Origin: an uncultured Gammaproteobacteria bacterium
GTDB taxonomy: Bacteria > Patescibacteriota > Microgenomatia > Levybacterales > UBA12049
NCBI GenBank assembly: GCA_964628435.1
Contig: CAZVON010000001.1
Location: 1 to 49,919, forward strand
Direction: 5' to 3'
Length of the DNA: 49,919 bases
The translations under genes and the position numbers were made by a program. Positions 8,674 through 17,841 of the stretch are shown here, piece by piece (position 1 is the stretch's first letter; each line of letters opens with the position of its first letter). The notes under the pieces are model-generated. The model worked only from the letters and a program-made list of their open reading frames with translations. It did no database searches and had not been told where the DNA came from.

Positions 8674-8747
8674 CTGCGAACCTCTAGAATTTATTGCTTT
8701 CATATTCCAGTTATTAATTCTGAAAATTTACTAATAATTTCTCATAA

Positions 8748-10079
8748 ATGAATTTTCTGCCCAACAGCAAATCAACTTATTTACATAGAACGTACACTCT
8801 GGGGAATTTTCAATACTCTTCTCAATTTAGAAAAACGCCATATTTTATTGGAATTCTTATTGACCTTATCTGCATTGCCATCATTTTTTTATATACTTTT
8901 ATTTCTAATCACGCCATTTATAATTTTGTTATTTCTCCACTATCGTCTATTAAACCGCTAACCAATACCAAAAACCAACATGAAGTTTTTGGATTCGCAC
9001 CATATTGGACAATCGATAAACTTGATAATGTTGATTTTTCTATTCTTACAACAGTGGCATATTTTGGAATATCTGTGGATCATGAAGGTAATTTAATTGA
9101 AGACACAGGTTATTCGTCGTTTCATAGCCAACAAGCAGCCGAATTATTTAAAAAAGCACACTTGCACGGAACACGAGTAGTGTTAACTCTTATGCAAATG
9201 GAAAATAATTCTATAGTTAATTTTCTTGATAACCCACAAGCACAAGTATCTGCAATCGAACAAGCTGTTGGACAGGTAAAAAACCGTGGAATTGATGGTA
9301 TCAATGTAGATTTTGAATATAATGGTAACCCTGGTTTTCAGTACCAAGAAAAATTTAGTATGTTTGTTAAAAACTTAACGCGACGAATGCATGAAGTAAT
9401 TCCTTTTTCTAAAGTGACTGTATCTGTATACGCTGCTTCAGCAAAAGATCCAAAATTATACAATATTGAACAGTTATCTCAAGTTTCCGACGGTATTTTT
9501 ATGATGGCATATGATTTTTCAACCCCTGCATCAGATACTGCAATTCCTACAGCACCATTGTATGGATATAAAGAAGGAAAGTATTGGTATGACATAGCAA
9601 CCGCTGTTGAAGATTTTCTAAAGCTAATGCCTTCACATAAACTTATTTTAGGATTACCGTGGTATGGGTATAACTTTGCTGTCTATCAACCAGAAGTAAA
9701 AAGTGAAACCCTTCCTTACTACTGGTGGGCTGGACAATCTGTTGCACAAACCTACACAGACGGAAAAGATGCAATCACTCCTGATATGCCTGGTATTTCT
9801 GATTATAAATCAGGCTGGGATATTCATGGACAAGTCGGATGGAAGGCATATTTTCTTGCGAATACGCAGACCTGGCGTATGGTATTTTTAGATGATGCAA
9901 AATCGCTGCAGATAAAATATGATTTCGCAAAAAACAAGAATCTTGCAGGTGTTGGGATTTGGGCACTTGGTTTTGATGAAGGGAAAAATGAGCTTTGGAA
10001 TGTTCTGCGCCAAATATTTGGGCCAAAAATTGCTGATAATAGAGTATCTCAAAAAGAAATTTATGAAAATACCTATTGA
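8748..10079 (+). CDS. Membrane-anchored glycoside hydrolase family 18 domain protein (chitinase/YaaH-like glycan hydrolase)
   Basis: N-terminal TM segment and the GH18 catalytic motif DGINVDFEY (DxxDxDxE). Confidence 0.8.
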   Translation: MNFLPNSKSTYLHRTYTLGNFQYSSQFRKTPYFIGILIDLICIAIIFLYTFISNHAIYNFVISPLSSIKPLTNTKNQHEVFGFAPYWTIDKLDNVDFSILTTVAYFGISVDHEGNLIEDTGYSSFHSQQAAELFKKAHLHGTRVVLTLMQMENNSIVNFLDNPQAQVSAIEQAVGQVKNRGIDGINVDFEYNGNPGFQYQEKFSMFVKNLTRRMHEVIPFSKVTVSVYAASAKDPKLYNIEQLSQVSDGIFMMAYDFSTPASDTAIPTAPLYGYKEGKYWYDIATAVEDFLKLMPSHKLILGLPWYGYNFAVYQPEVKSETLPYYWWAGQSVAQTYTDGKDAITPDMPGISDYKSGWDIHGQVGWKAYFLANTQTWRMVFLDDAKSLQIKYDFAKNKNLAGVGIWALGFDEGKNELWNVLRQIFGPKIADNRVSQKEIYENTY

Positions 10080-11136
10080 AATAGAAATTCCTAATCTATT
10101 TTCACTAAATTGGAAAATTTTCCTTATGACGTCTGCTGCAATTTTTTGTATGGTTGTGCTTCAAAAGTTTGAAGTACGCCCGCCTCAGTTATTAAACAAT
10201 TTTTTCCAAACGCCCTTACAATCAACAGAAATTTTAAAACCTTACTTAGAAAAAAAAAGCAGCGGATTTACCCTCAAGAAATACGCTCAAAATTTTAAAC
10301 CAACCGTACAAGCTGCATCGCCATTTTATAACGCATTTTCTTATATTGTGGTAGATTTTGATTCAGGAAAAGTATTGGAAGAGAAAAATGCATCAAAACG
10401 ACTTTCTATAGCATCGTTAACAAAAATTATGACTGCAGTAGTTACATTAGACCTGGTTTCACCATATGCATACTTTACTATTTCAAAAACCGCTTCTCAA
10501 GTGGAACCAACATCAATAGGAGTAATACCAGGAGAAAAAATGAATGTTAAGGAGCTATTACATGCTTTGTTATTAACATCAGCAAACGATGCGGCAGCGG
10601 TTATTCAGGAAAATATCAATAGATTATACAAACAAAATATTTTTCTGACTGCAATGAATCAAAAAGCTAAAATTCTAAAATTACAAAACACACATTTTTC
10701 AAATGCGCAAGGATTTGATAGTCCCTCCAATTACAGCACTGCAGAAGATTTAGCAGTGCTGTCCCACTATGCCCTTACTCAATACCCCCTTATTGCAGCA
10801 ATCGCACAGAAAGAATACCAATTTTTACCAGCTGATACATATCACAAGCAGTTTGATCTCTACAATTGGAATGGATTAATTGGAGTATATCCCAATATTC
10901 TCGGACTTAAGATTGGCAATACAGAACATGCTCAAAAAACCGCTGCCGTGATTTCGCAACGTAACAATAAAAAAATACTTGTTATTTTGCTAGGAGCACC
11001 TGGCGTGCTAGAAAGAGATTTATGGGTTTCTCAATTGTTAGACCTTGGCTTCCAAAAAGCACAAAACCTTCTCCCTATTCAAGTGAGTGAATTGCAACTC
11101 CAAAGTAAATATTCAACATGGAAATATTGGAATTAA
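10063..11136 (+). CDS. D-alanyl-D-alanine carboxypeptidase (peptidase S11, PBP5-like)
   Basis: SxxK (SLTK), SxN (SAND) and a KxG-like (KIGNT) motif. The start at ATG 10063 precedes a TM segment. The track start at 9919 lies deep inside the GH18 gene. Confidence 0.8.
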   Translation: MKIPIEIEIPNLFSLNWKIFLMTSAAIFCMVVLQKFEVRPPQLLNNFFQTPLQSTEILKPYLEKKSSGFTLKKYAQNFKPTVQAASPFYNAFSYIVVDFDSGKVLEEKNASKRLSIASLTKIMTAVVTLDLVSPYAYFTISKTASQVEPTSIGVIPGEKMNVKELLHALLLTSANDAAAVIQENINRLYKQNIFLTAMNQKAKILKLQNTHFSNAQGFDSPSNYSTAEDLAVLSHYALTQYPLIAAIAQKEYQFLPADTYHKQFDLYNWNGLIGVYPNILGLKIGNTEHAQKTAAVISQRNNKKILVILLGAPGVLERDLWVSQLLDLGFQKAQNLLPIQVSELQLQSKYSTWKYWN

Positions 11137-11148
11137 GGAGGTGAAAAT

Positions 11149-11226
11149 ATGCTAGAAGAATTAATGAAACGTATTAGAGAAATTTTTACTCCCAGAAAAC
11201 CAGCTCTTGCGGAAATTACCTATTAA
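11149..11226 (+). CDS. Candidate 25-aa micropeptide behind a perfect SD
   Basis: Below the ORF-track cutoff. TTAAGGAGGTGAAAATATG at 11133-11151 is identical to the initiation region of the YtxH-like gene (1082-1100). The ORF reads MLEELMKRIREIFTPRKPALAEITY with its stop at 11224-11226. Confidence 0.45.
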   Translation: MLEELMKRIREIFTPRKPALAEITY

Positions 11227-11316
11227 TTGCTTAAATTCCTCTTTATATAACTCTTACTGAGTTATCTCATTAGTCTTACACCATCAATATACTCTACTTC
11301 CATAAGCACCTCTTAT

Positions 11317-13317
11317 ATGAAAAATTTGCCACAGTGGTTCCTCCGATCAGTATGGGGAGCTAATGTTCTAGAGGTCATGCTGGCTTTGACTGTAATAATA
11401 GGATTTATTGTTTGTTTATTCATTTTTACCTATATTTACTTTGTAAAAGATCTACAGACAAAAGATGCAATAATGAATCGCAACGACACTGGAGTAACGC
11501 TTTTTGATCGCAACAACAAGCCATTTTTTACTTTTTATAACGCGAAACAGAAAACATTTGTAACTCTTTCAGATATCCCTTTATATACCCAACATGCAGT
11601 CATCGCAATGGAAGATAAAGATTTTTATTTTCACACAGGTTTTTCTATAAAAGCTATGATCAGATCTTTGTATTTAAATATTACAGAAGGAGCTATTGCA
11701 TATGGCGGATCAACTATCACACAACAACTTGTCAAAAATTCACTTTTACATTCAAAAAAAAGTTTTCTTCGTAAGTTTCAAGAAATCGTTCTTGCAGAAG
11801 AGATAGAACGTCGCTATACAAAAAATGAAATTTTAGAGATGTATCTAAACTCAGCCTACTTTGGAGAAGGGGCTTTTGGCATTGCAGAAGCAGCTCAACG
11901 GTATTTTGGTAAAGTAACAAAAGATTTGACACTTGGAGAATCTGCTCTTTTGGTAGGACTGCTACCTTCTCCTTCCCGCTTTTCTCCACTCTCTGGTGAT
12001 TTAAGCAAAGCAAGGCTTAATCAAAAAATTGTCCTTAAAAAAATGCTCGAACAAAAATATATAACAATTCAAGAAAAAGTTAACGCTGAAAACGAAAAAA
12101 TGATTTTCTCTCCTTATCAAGACATGAATTCATTAGCACCTCATTTTGCTATTATGGTTAAAAACGAACTATTAAATAAATTCGGGCAAGAAACTATCTC
12201 TAGATCAGGTTTTAAGGTAAAAACAACGCTTGATCCAAAAATACAACACTATGCTGAAAATACTATAAAAACCCATGTCAAAAAACTTCAATCTCACTCC
12301 GTTACAAATGGTGCGGCTATCATGATTACTCCAACAAATGGCGAAGTAATAGCATTAGTGGGCAGTATGAACTGGTATGATTTTCGGTTTGGAAAAGTCA
12401 ATGTTACTACTTCGTATCGACAACCAGGATCAGCTTTTAAACCAATTGTATATCTTGCTGGCTTTGAATTACATATTATTACCCCTGCTACCTTTTTAAG
12501 TGACGAACCTACAGTATTTGATGGTGACTATAAACCTCAAAACTTTGATCGAATGTTCCGAGGTAATGTATCGGTAAGAACTGCATTAGCAAACTCTTTG
12601 AATATACCTTCGGTAAAAATTTTGGACAAAGTAGGAATCTTAACTACACTTGATATGGCAAAAAGACTCGGTATTACAAACTTAACTCAGCACGAAAGCG
12701 CATATGGACTATCGTTAGTGCTTGGATCTGAAGAAGTACAGCTTCTTGAATTAACAAGCGCTTATGCTACAATTGCAAACAATGGCATCAGAAATACTCC
12801 AACGCTTGTGTTAGAAATTAAAGATAAAAAAAACAATCCTGTCTATACGTATGTCCCTAAACAAGAACAAGTAGTTAATCCTGAATATACTTTTCTTGTT
12901 TCCTCCATCCTTTCTGATAAAACCGCGCGCTTAGATGCATTTGGAAGTGCATTAGATACTACGATTAACGCAGCAGTAAAAACTGGAACTTCCGAAAATT
13001 TTAGAGATTCGTTAACGATTGGATATTCACCAGATATTGCAGTAGGTGTTTGGGTAGGAAACAACTATGGAGAATCAATGGACAATATTGCGGGAGCGTT
13101 AGGAGCAGCCCCTATTTGGAAATCACTGATTGAATATTATCATAAACAAATACCCTACAAGGAGTTTCCTTTACCTGAAAATATTATCCAAGTAAGCGTT
13201 TGTAAACATAACGGACTACGGGCCTTTTTGGCAACATCTTCTGCAATGCTTGAATACTTCGTCCGTGGAACAGAACCTCAACAACCATGTTTTGTCACCT
13301 ACAGTATTACAAGATAA
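11317..13317 (+). CDS. Class A penicillin-binding protein (bifunctional glycosyltransferase GT51 / transpeptidase)
   Basis: GT51 motifs AMEDKDFYFHTGF, GGSTITQQLVKN and RKFQE. Transpeptidase motifs SAFKP, SLN and KTGT. An N-terminal TM is present. Confidence 0.9.
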   Translation: MKNLPQWFLRSVWGANVLEVMLALTVIIGFIVCLFIFTYIYFVKDLQTKDAIMNRNDTGVTLFDRNNKPFFTFYNAKQKTFVTLSDIPLYTQHAVIAMEDKDFYFHTGFSIKAMIRSLYLNITEGAIAYGGSTITQQLVKNSLLHSKKSFLRKFQEIVLAEEIERRYTKNEILEMYLNSAYFGEGAFGIAEAAQRYFGKVTKDLTLGESALLVGLLPSPSRFSPLSGDLSKARLNQKIVLKKMLEQKYITIQEKVNAENEKMIFSPYQDMNSLAPHFAIMVKNELLNKFGQETISRSGFKVKTTLDPKIQHYAENTIKTHVKKLQSHSVTNGAAIMITPTNGEVIALVGSMNWYDFRFGKVNVTTSYRQPGSAFKPIVYLAGFELHIITPATFLSDEPTVFDGDYKPQNFDRMFRGNVSVRTALANSLNIPSVKILDKVGILTTLDMAKRLGITNLTQHESAYGLSLVLGSEEVQLLELTSAYATIANNGIRNTPTLVLEIKDKKNNPVYTYVPKQEQVVNPEYTFLVSSILSDKTARLDAFGSALDTTINAAVKTGTSENFRDSLTIGYSPDIAVGVWVGNNYGESMDNIAGALGAAPIWKSLIEYYHKQIPYKEFPLPENIIQVSVCKHNGLRAFLATSSAMLEYFVRGTEPQQPCFVTYSITR

Positions 13318-13322
13318 ATTCT

Positions 13323-13691
13323 CTATCCAAACGAAGCAAAAATATAGGGAAGAAAAATAAGAAGACCAACTATTATCGAACCAATCAATGTTAGAAGCAC
13401 CATTCCTGCGGATACATCTTTTGCAATTTTTGCCTCTTTACGGTGCTCTCGTGTAATTAAATCGACCATCTGTTCAATAGCACTATTTATCATTTCCGCA
13501 CAAACTACTAAAAGAATCATTACTCCCAAAATACCCATTTCAAATGGACTCACTTGAAAATAAATACTACCAAGAATAACGACAAATGCACCCACAAATG
13601 CTATTTTAAGGTTTTGGCTTTGGGAAAATGCATATATAATTCCTTTTATGGCAAATTTAAACGAGTTTTTAAGTCGAGTATGATGTAGCAT
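13323..13691 (-). CDS. dgkA: Diacylglycerol kinase family lipid kinase (DgkA / undecaprenol kinase-like)
   Basis: 122 aa with 3 TM segments. FKFAIKGIIYAF...AEMINSAIEQMVDLI...AKDVSAG is typical of prokaryotic DAGK. Confidence 0.8.
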   Translation of the reverse strand: MLHHTRLKNSFKFAIKGIIYAFSQSQNLKIAFVGAFVVILGSIYFQVSPFEMGILGVMILLVVCAEMINSAIEQMVDLITREHRKEAKIAKDVSAGMVLLTLIGSIIVGLLIFLPYIFASFG

Positions 13692-13692
13692 A

Positions 13693-14289
13693 TTATATTG
13701 AAAATAATATTTTTCCTATCAAAAACGTGACAAGCGTAATGCTTAATCCGAGAACGCTACCGGTTACTACTTCAGCTAAAGTATGCCTTTTTAAATGTAA
13801 CCGAGACCACCCCACAAGTGGAATCATCCAAAAACTCCACATAATAAATTCTAAATCATAGAGTATTCCAATGGTTACTATAAATGCCATGCTGGAAGCA
13901 GCATGTATGCTGGCTTTCACGTAATTGTTAACAAGTGTAAAAGCAAGAACTCCTAAAACCATTCCTAATGACACGACAGACAATGGAAAAAAAATTCCTT
14001 TAAAAAAAAGAGAGGTGCTAAAGTAAGAAAATGCTAAAAGTAATAGAATAACATAAAATCTTGAACGTTCTTCACGTTTTGAGAGGTCAAAATCAGAAAA
14101 GATCTGTCTCCATCGCCCAAACAAAAGAAGCAAAAGACCAAAGACAATAAATGCAAATGAAAAGGCTTCCCATTTTAACGCATAGAGAGGATTTCCCGTA
14201 TACTTATACACAACAAAAAAGGGAATAATTGACAAAAAAAATACTGGGTTCAATAAAAACGATATTAACTGAGCAGCAGTTGTACTCAT
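13693..14289 (-). CDS. PAP2-superfamily membrane phosphatase (possible polyprenyl-diphosphate phosphatase)
   Basis: Multi-TM protein with a C-terminal SRLHLKRHTLAEVVTG (SRxxxxxHxxxE/D-type PAP2 motif). It is adjacent to dgkA and shares an ATGA junction with gltX. Confidence 0.55.
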   Translation of the reverse strand: MSTTAAQLISFLLNPVFFLSIIPFFVVYKYTGNPLYALKWEAFSFAFIVFGLLLLLFGRWRQIFSDFDLSKREERSRFYVILLLLAFSYFSTSLFFKGIFFPLSVVSLGMVLGVLAFTLVNNYVKASIHAASSMAFIVTIGILYDLEFIMWSFWMIPLVGWSRLHLKRHTLAEVVTGSVLGLSITLVTFLIGKILFSI

Positions 14290-15644
14290 AGTCTTTTTTT
14301 CAACCTCGATAGTGTTTCTTCTCTTCCTAAAAGCTCCAGCATATCTGGTAAAGGAAGACCTTTATTTGTACCTGTCAGAATTATATAAAATACTGGCATT
14401 CTTACTTTCTTTGATTCCATTACCGATTTTAACACGTTCAATATTTCATTTTTATTCCATTGTAATAATCCTTCAAATTGTTCAATCAGTAAAGACGTAA
14501 TTTTCTTTTCTTCCTCAGTAAGCAACTGTTGTGGAAAATCTATATAAGGAATAATGAGCGCGTGAAATTCTGACAATGTTTTTATCCGCGGCTGTGCAAG
14601 CAAAATACTCTTGTTTAAAAATGAAGTATCTAGTGAGTTAAACAGGGGAAACAGATTTAAAATCTTTCTACGTAGTGAATTACTATCAAGATTCCTGATA
14701 TAAACTCCGTTCATCCATTCTAATTTTTGAATATCAAAAATAGGACCAATGGGTTTTATATCTTTGAGTTCAAATAACTGAATAAATTCTGAGAGCGGAA
14801 ATATTTCTTTTCCTTGCGGGTGAGACCACCCCATAAGAGCCAAGTAGTTTAATATCGACTCTGATAAAAACCCTTGCTCTTGATACCAAGAAATATTGGT
14901 ATGGCCGTGTCGTTTTGAAAGTTTTGATTTATCAGGATTACGCAAGTCAGGAGTATGAAAAAACAATGGCATATTCCATCCTAAATATCTATATAGTAAC
15001 GCATGTTTAGGAAAGGAAGTAATCCACTCTTCTCCGCGAACTACATGAGTTATTTCCATAAGATAATCGTCAATCGTTGAAGCAAGATGATACGTTGGAT
15101 ATCCATCAGATTTAATAAGAACTTGATCATCTATTACCTGTGAATCAAACGTAATCTCCCCACGAATCTCGTCTTTTACCAGAATTTTTTCGTTTTCTGG
15201 AACTTTTAATCGAACAACACCTGAGGTTTTTGAAAGTTCGCGACAATGCTTATCATACATAGGTGGTTTTCCTTCTTGTTGTAACTCTTTACGAACTTTT
15301 TCTAACCTTTCCGAAGAACAATCGCAATAATAAACGTACCCATTTTGTAAAAGCTCTTGAGCATATTTTTTATAAATCCCTAACCGATCTGACTGCCGAT
15401 ATGGGTTATGATGTCCACCTTTTCGAGGACTTTCATCTTCTGTTAAACTAAACCAATCTATTGCTTTATATAAGTTTTCTTCTGCTCCTTCAACAAATCG
15501 TTTCTTATCCGTGTCTTCTATCCGAATTAAAAATTGCCCATTATATTTCTTAGCATACGCATAATTAAATAATGCTTGGTAAATGGTCCCAATATGTGGA
15601 TATCCTGTTGGACTTGGAGCGATTCGCAGTCTGACTGTATTCAT
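14286..15644 (-). CDS. gltX: Glutamate--tRNA ligase
   Basis: VRLRIAPSPTGYPHIGT (HIGH) and KLSKR (KMSKS). The ATG at 15644 (MNTVRLR...) is preferred over the track start at 15677. Confidence 0.9.
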   Translation of the reverse strand: MNTVRLRIAPSPTGYPHIGTIYQALFNYAYAKKYNGQFLIRIEDTDKKRFVEGAEENLYKAIDWFSLTEDESPRKGGHHNPYRQSDRLGIYKKYAQELLQNGYVYYCDCSSERLEKVRKELQQEGKPPMYDKHCRELSKTSGVVRLKVPENEKILVKDEIRGEITFDSQVIDDQVLIKSDGYPTYHLASTIDDYLMEITHVVRGEEWITSFPKHALLYRYLGWNMPLFFHTPDLRNPDKSKLSKRHGHTNISWYQEQGFLSESILNYLALMGWSHPQGKEIFPLSEFIQLFELKDIKPIGPIFDIQKLEWMNGVYIRNLDSNSLRRKILNLFPLFNSLDTSFLNKSILLAQPRIKTLSEFHALIIPYIDFPQQLLTEEEKKITSLLIEQFEGLLQWNKNEILNVLKSVMESKKVRMPVFYIILTGTNKGLPLPDMLELLGREETLSRLKKRL

Positions 15645-15697
15645 ACTATTCTTTTTTTGAAGTATCATGTATGTCATGCACCTAAAAGGTACGTCTC

Positions 15698-15727
15698 TTG
15701 CATTGTAGCGTATGTTTCTTTTATACT
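15698..15727 (+). promoter_or_regulatory. Promoter with -10 placed 6 nt before the ATG (leaderless-type)
   Basis: TTGCAT (15698-15703), an 18-nt spacer, TATACT (15722-15727), then CAAGGT and the ATG at 15734. Confidence 0.45.
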
Positions 15728-15733
15728 CAAGGT

Positions 15734-16789
15734 ATGATTACCCTCCATTCTGCAACAGAAGGGACAAGAACGATCTTAAAGTGGACAAGCATTATTAGTG
15801 GTAGTGTCCTTCTTCTGGTATTCCTTTATCAAGGGGGTGTAAATGTAAAAGAAATGCTTTATCCTACTCCAAAACCACCACCAACAGTTTCTTTTGGCAA
15901 ATTGCCAAAAGTGGCATTTCCTCCAAGTGTCACACAAAAAACATTTGATTTCTCTCTCGATACACTAACTGGAACTCTCCCTCAATTTTCAGACAGAATT
16001 GAAGTCTATAAGTTAACATCTCAAGAACCCAACTTATTAGCTCTTCAAACAGCAAAAGAGAAAGTTTCCTCTGTTGGATTTTCTGAAGAACCTACTAAGC
16101 TTTCTTCGACACTCTACCAGTGGAATGATCAATCTGAAATAAATCGAAAATTGAACTTGGACATTTTGACTTTTGATTTCGATATTAGCTCTTCTTTTTA
16201 TACAAACGATCTTGTTTTAAAAGCTCAAAATCTTGCGAATGAACAACAGGCGATACAAATTGCACAAGATTTTCTTTCAAAACTTATACATCTTGATGAC
16301 TTGGATACGTCTAAAACAAAAACGACTCTCCTTACAATAAACAACGGAGCTCTTGCTCAGGCAACCAGTTTTTCCTCAACCAATATTATTCGGATCGATT
16401 ATTATCAAAAAAATGTCAATAATCTTCCTATCTTCTATGCTCATCCACCATACTCTACTATGAATTTTTTCATTGGGGGAGGAGAAACAGATCCTCAAAT
16501 TATACAATCTCATTTTTACCATCAGGTGATTACTAATGAACAATCAACATATCCAATTAAAACTGCCGATGAAGCATTCGATGAGCTTAAAAAAGGACAT
16601 GCCTACATTGCATCTTTTTTTCCCAATGGTGGATCTGTGAGCTTAAAAAACATATTCTTAGGATATTATTTGGGAGATATAAAACAAAATTACCTTATGC
16701 CTATTATTATTTTTGAAGGAGATCATGGATTTTATGCATATGTCTCGGCAATCAAAGATACATGGATAGAAAATGGAGTAAGAGATTAG
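15734..16789 (+). CDS. Hypothetical membrane-anchored extracytoplasmic protein
   Basis: 351-aa ORF from ATG 15734 with one N-terminal TM (WTSIISGSVLLLVFLY). I do not recognise a family. Confidence 0.6.
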   Translation: MITLHSATEGTRTILKWTSIISGSVLLLVFLYQGGVNVKEMLYPTPKPPPTVSFGKLPKVAFPPSVTQKTFDFSLDTLTGTLPQFSDRIEVYKLTSQEPNLLALQTAKEKVSSVGFSEEPTKLSSTLYQWNDQSEINRKLNLDILTFDFDISSSFYTNDLVLKAQNLANEQQAIQIAQDFLSKLIHLDDLDTSKTKTTLLTINNGALAQATSFSSTNIIRIDYYQKNVNNLPIFYAHPPYSTMNFFIGGGETDPQIIQSHFYHQVITNEQSTYPIKTADEAFDELKKGHAYIASFFPNGGSVSLKNIFLGYYLGDIKQNYLMPIIIFEGDHGFYAYVSAIKDTWIENGVRD

Positions 16790-17841
16790 TCTTGTTGAAC
16801 GATGGATTGAATATTTATATAAAAAATGTCTTGAGAAAGTTTCGATAATAGTTCTTTCGTGTCAGCAAATCGATCCTGGCTTTTCATTACCGCAAGAATA
16901 ATTGTTCTTTTTTGTTCTGATTTAGAAGTAACGAGCACTTGCCCTGCTTCATCAGTAAAGCCTGTTTTAATGCCATCTACCCCATCTTTTCCCAAAAGAA
17001 TATTGAGATTGTAAAGATGGTACATTCTGGTCCCATTTGTATTAAATATTACTTTTTCTTTTGTTGAAACTATTGACTTCAAGAGTGGATTTTTTATCGT
17101 TGTTGATGCTAACAATACCAGCTCTTTTATAGAAGTAATATTTTTTTCATCAAGACCAGTGGGATCTACAAAATGTGTGCGATGTAAATTAAGCTCATTT
17201 GCTTTTTGATTCATTCTCTCTACAAATTTATTTACTCCTCCAGGATAGTTATAAGCAATTGTTAACGCTGCATCGTTTCCAGAAGGAAGCAACATCGCAT
17301 ACAGAATATCGTTAAAAGAAATCGTATCTCCATACTTAAATCCAACCGTAACTCCTTGCATTTTTTTTTTTTTTTTAGTCAATATCTCTTCTGGTTTAAA
17401 ATATTCGCTTGCAACTAAAGCTGTCATCAGTTTGGTTGTGGATGCCATTGGAAAAATCAAATTCTCTCCTTTAGTAAATAAGACTACTTTAGAAACATCG
17501 TCAATTATAATTGCGGCTTGAGCGCTTAGATGAAATGTTAGATTTTCTGTGATTTTTTTACTTAATAATGGATAATCCGCAGGTTTTGGAGGTATAAATG
17601 GGGATGGTTGTGTTTTTTGTACTGCGATTTGTCCTTGTACTAAAGTATCTACGTTTTCAAGAATAAGCCAAACAAGAAGCAACAAACCAAAAAGTAGAGT
17701 AACATACCCGGTAAAGTATTTACTGCTAAGATATTGCCTAACATGGCTATTTTTAAGGATGTTTCGAAATGTTAGTAAGTTGTGAAAGACGTTCATCGAC
17801 TCGGTCCATATCTCGTGGAAATAAACTTGATTCTCGTACAT
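16786..17841 (-). CDS. D-alanyl-D-alanine carboxypeptidase (peptidase S11), second paralog, contains A16 tract
   Basis: SxxK (STTK), SxN (SGND) and KTG (KTGFT) motifs. The start is uncertain (17841 or 17796), and both candidates overlap the 3' end of aspS. Confidence 0.8.
   Translation of the reverse strand: MYENQVYFHEIWTESMNVFHNLLTFRNILKNSHVRQYLSSKYFTGYVTLLFGLLLLVWLILENVDTLVQGQIAVQKTQPSPFIPPKPADYPLLSKKITENLTFHLSAQAAIIIDDVSKVVLFTKGENLIFPMASTTKLMTALVASEYFKPEEILTKKKKKMQGVTVGFKYGDTISFNDILYAMLLPSGNDAALTIAYNYPGGVNKFVERMNQKANELNLHRTHFVDPTGLDEKNITSIKELVLLASTTIKNPLLKSIVSTKEKVIFNTNGTRMYHLYNLNILLGKDGVDGIKTGFTDEAGQVLVTSKSEQKRTIILAVMKSQDRFADTKELLSKLSQDIFYINIQSIVQQD
17361..17376 (-). repeat. 16-nt homopolymer (A16 on the coding strand) inside the S11 peptidase gene
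   Basis: T16 on the + strand at 17361-17376. It encodes KKKKK plus the A of the following ATG codon (..ACT AAA AAA AAA AAA AAA ATG CAA..). Confidence 0.95.

Noticed and set aside
9919-10062. Upstream extension of the DD-carboxypeptidase ORF deep into the GH18 gene.
   Set aside because: It would require a 161-nt out-of-frame overlap. The ATG at 10063 directly precedes the signal/TM segment.
11247-11265. Hairpin ATAACTC-TTACT-GAGTTAT after the candidate micropeptide, considered as a possible terminator.
   Set aside because: It has only a 7-bp AT-rich stem with no T-tract, which is easily produced by chance in this composition.
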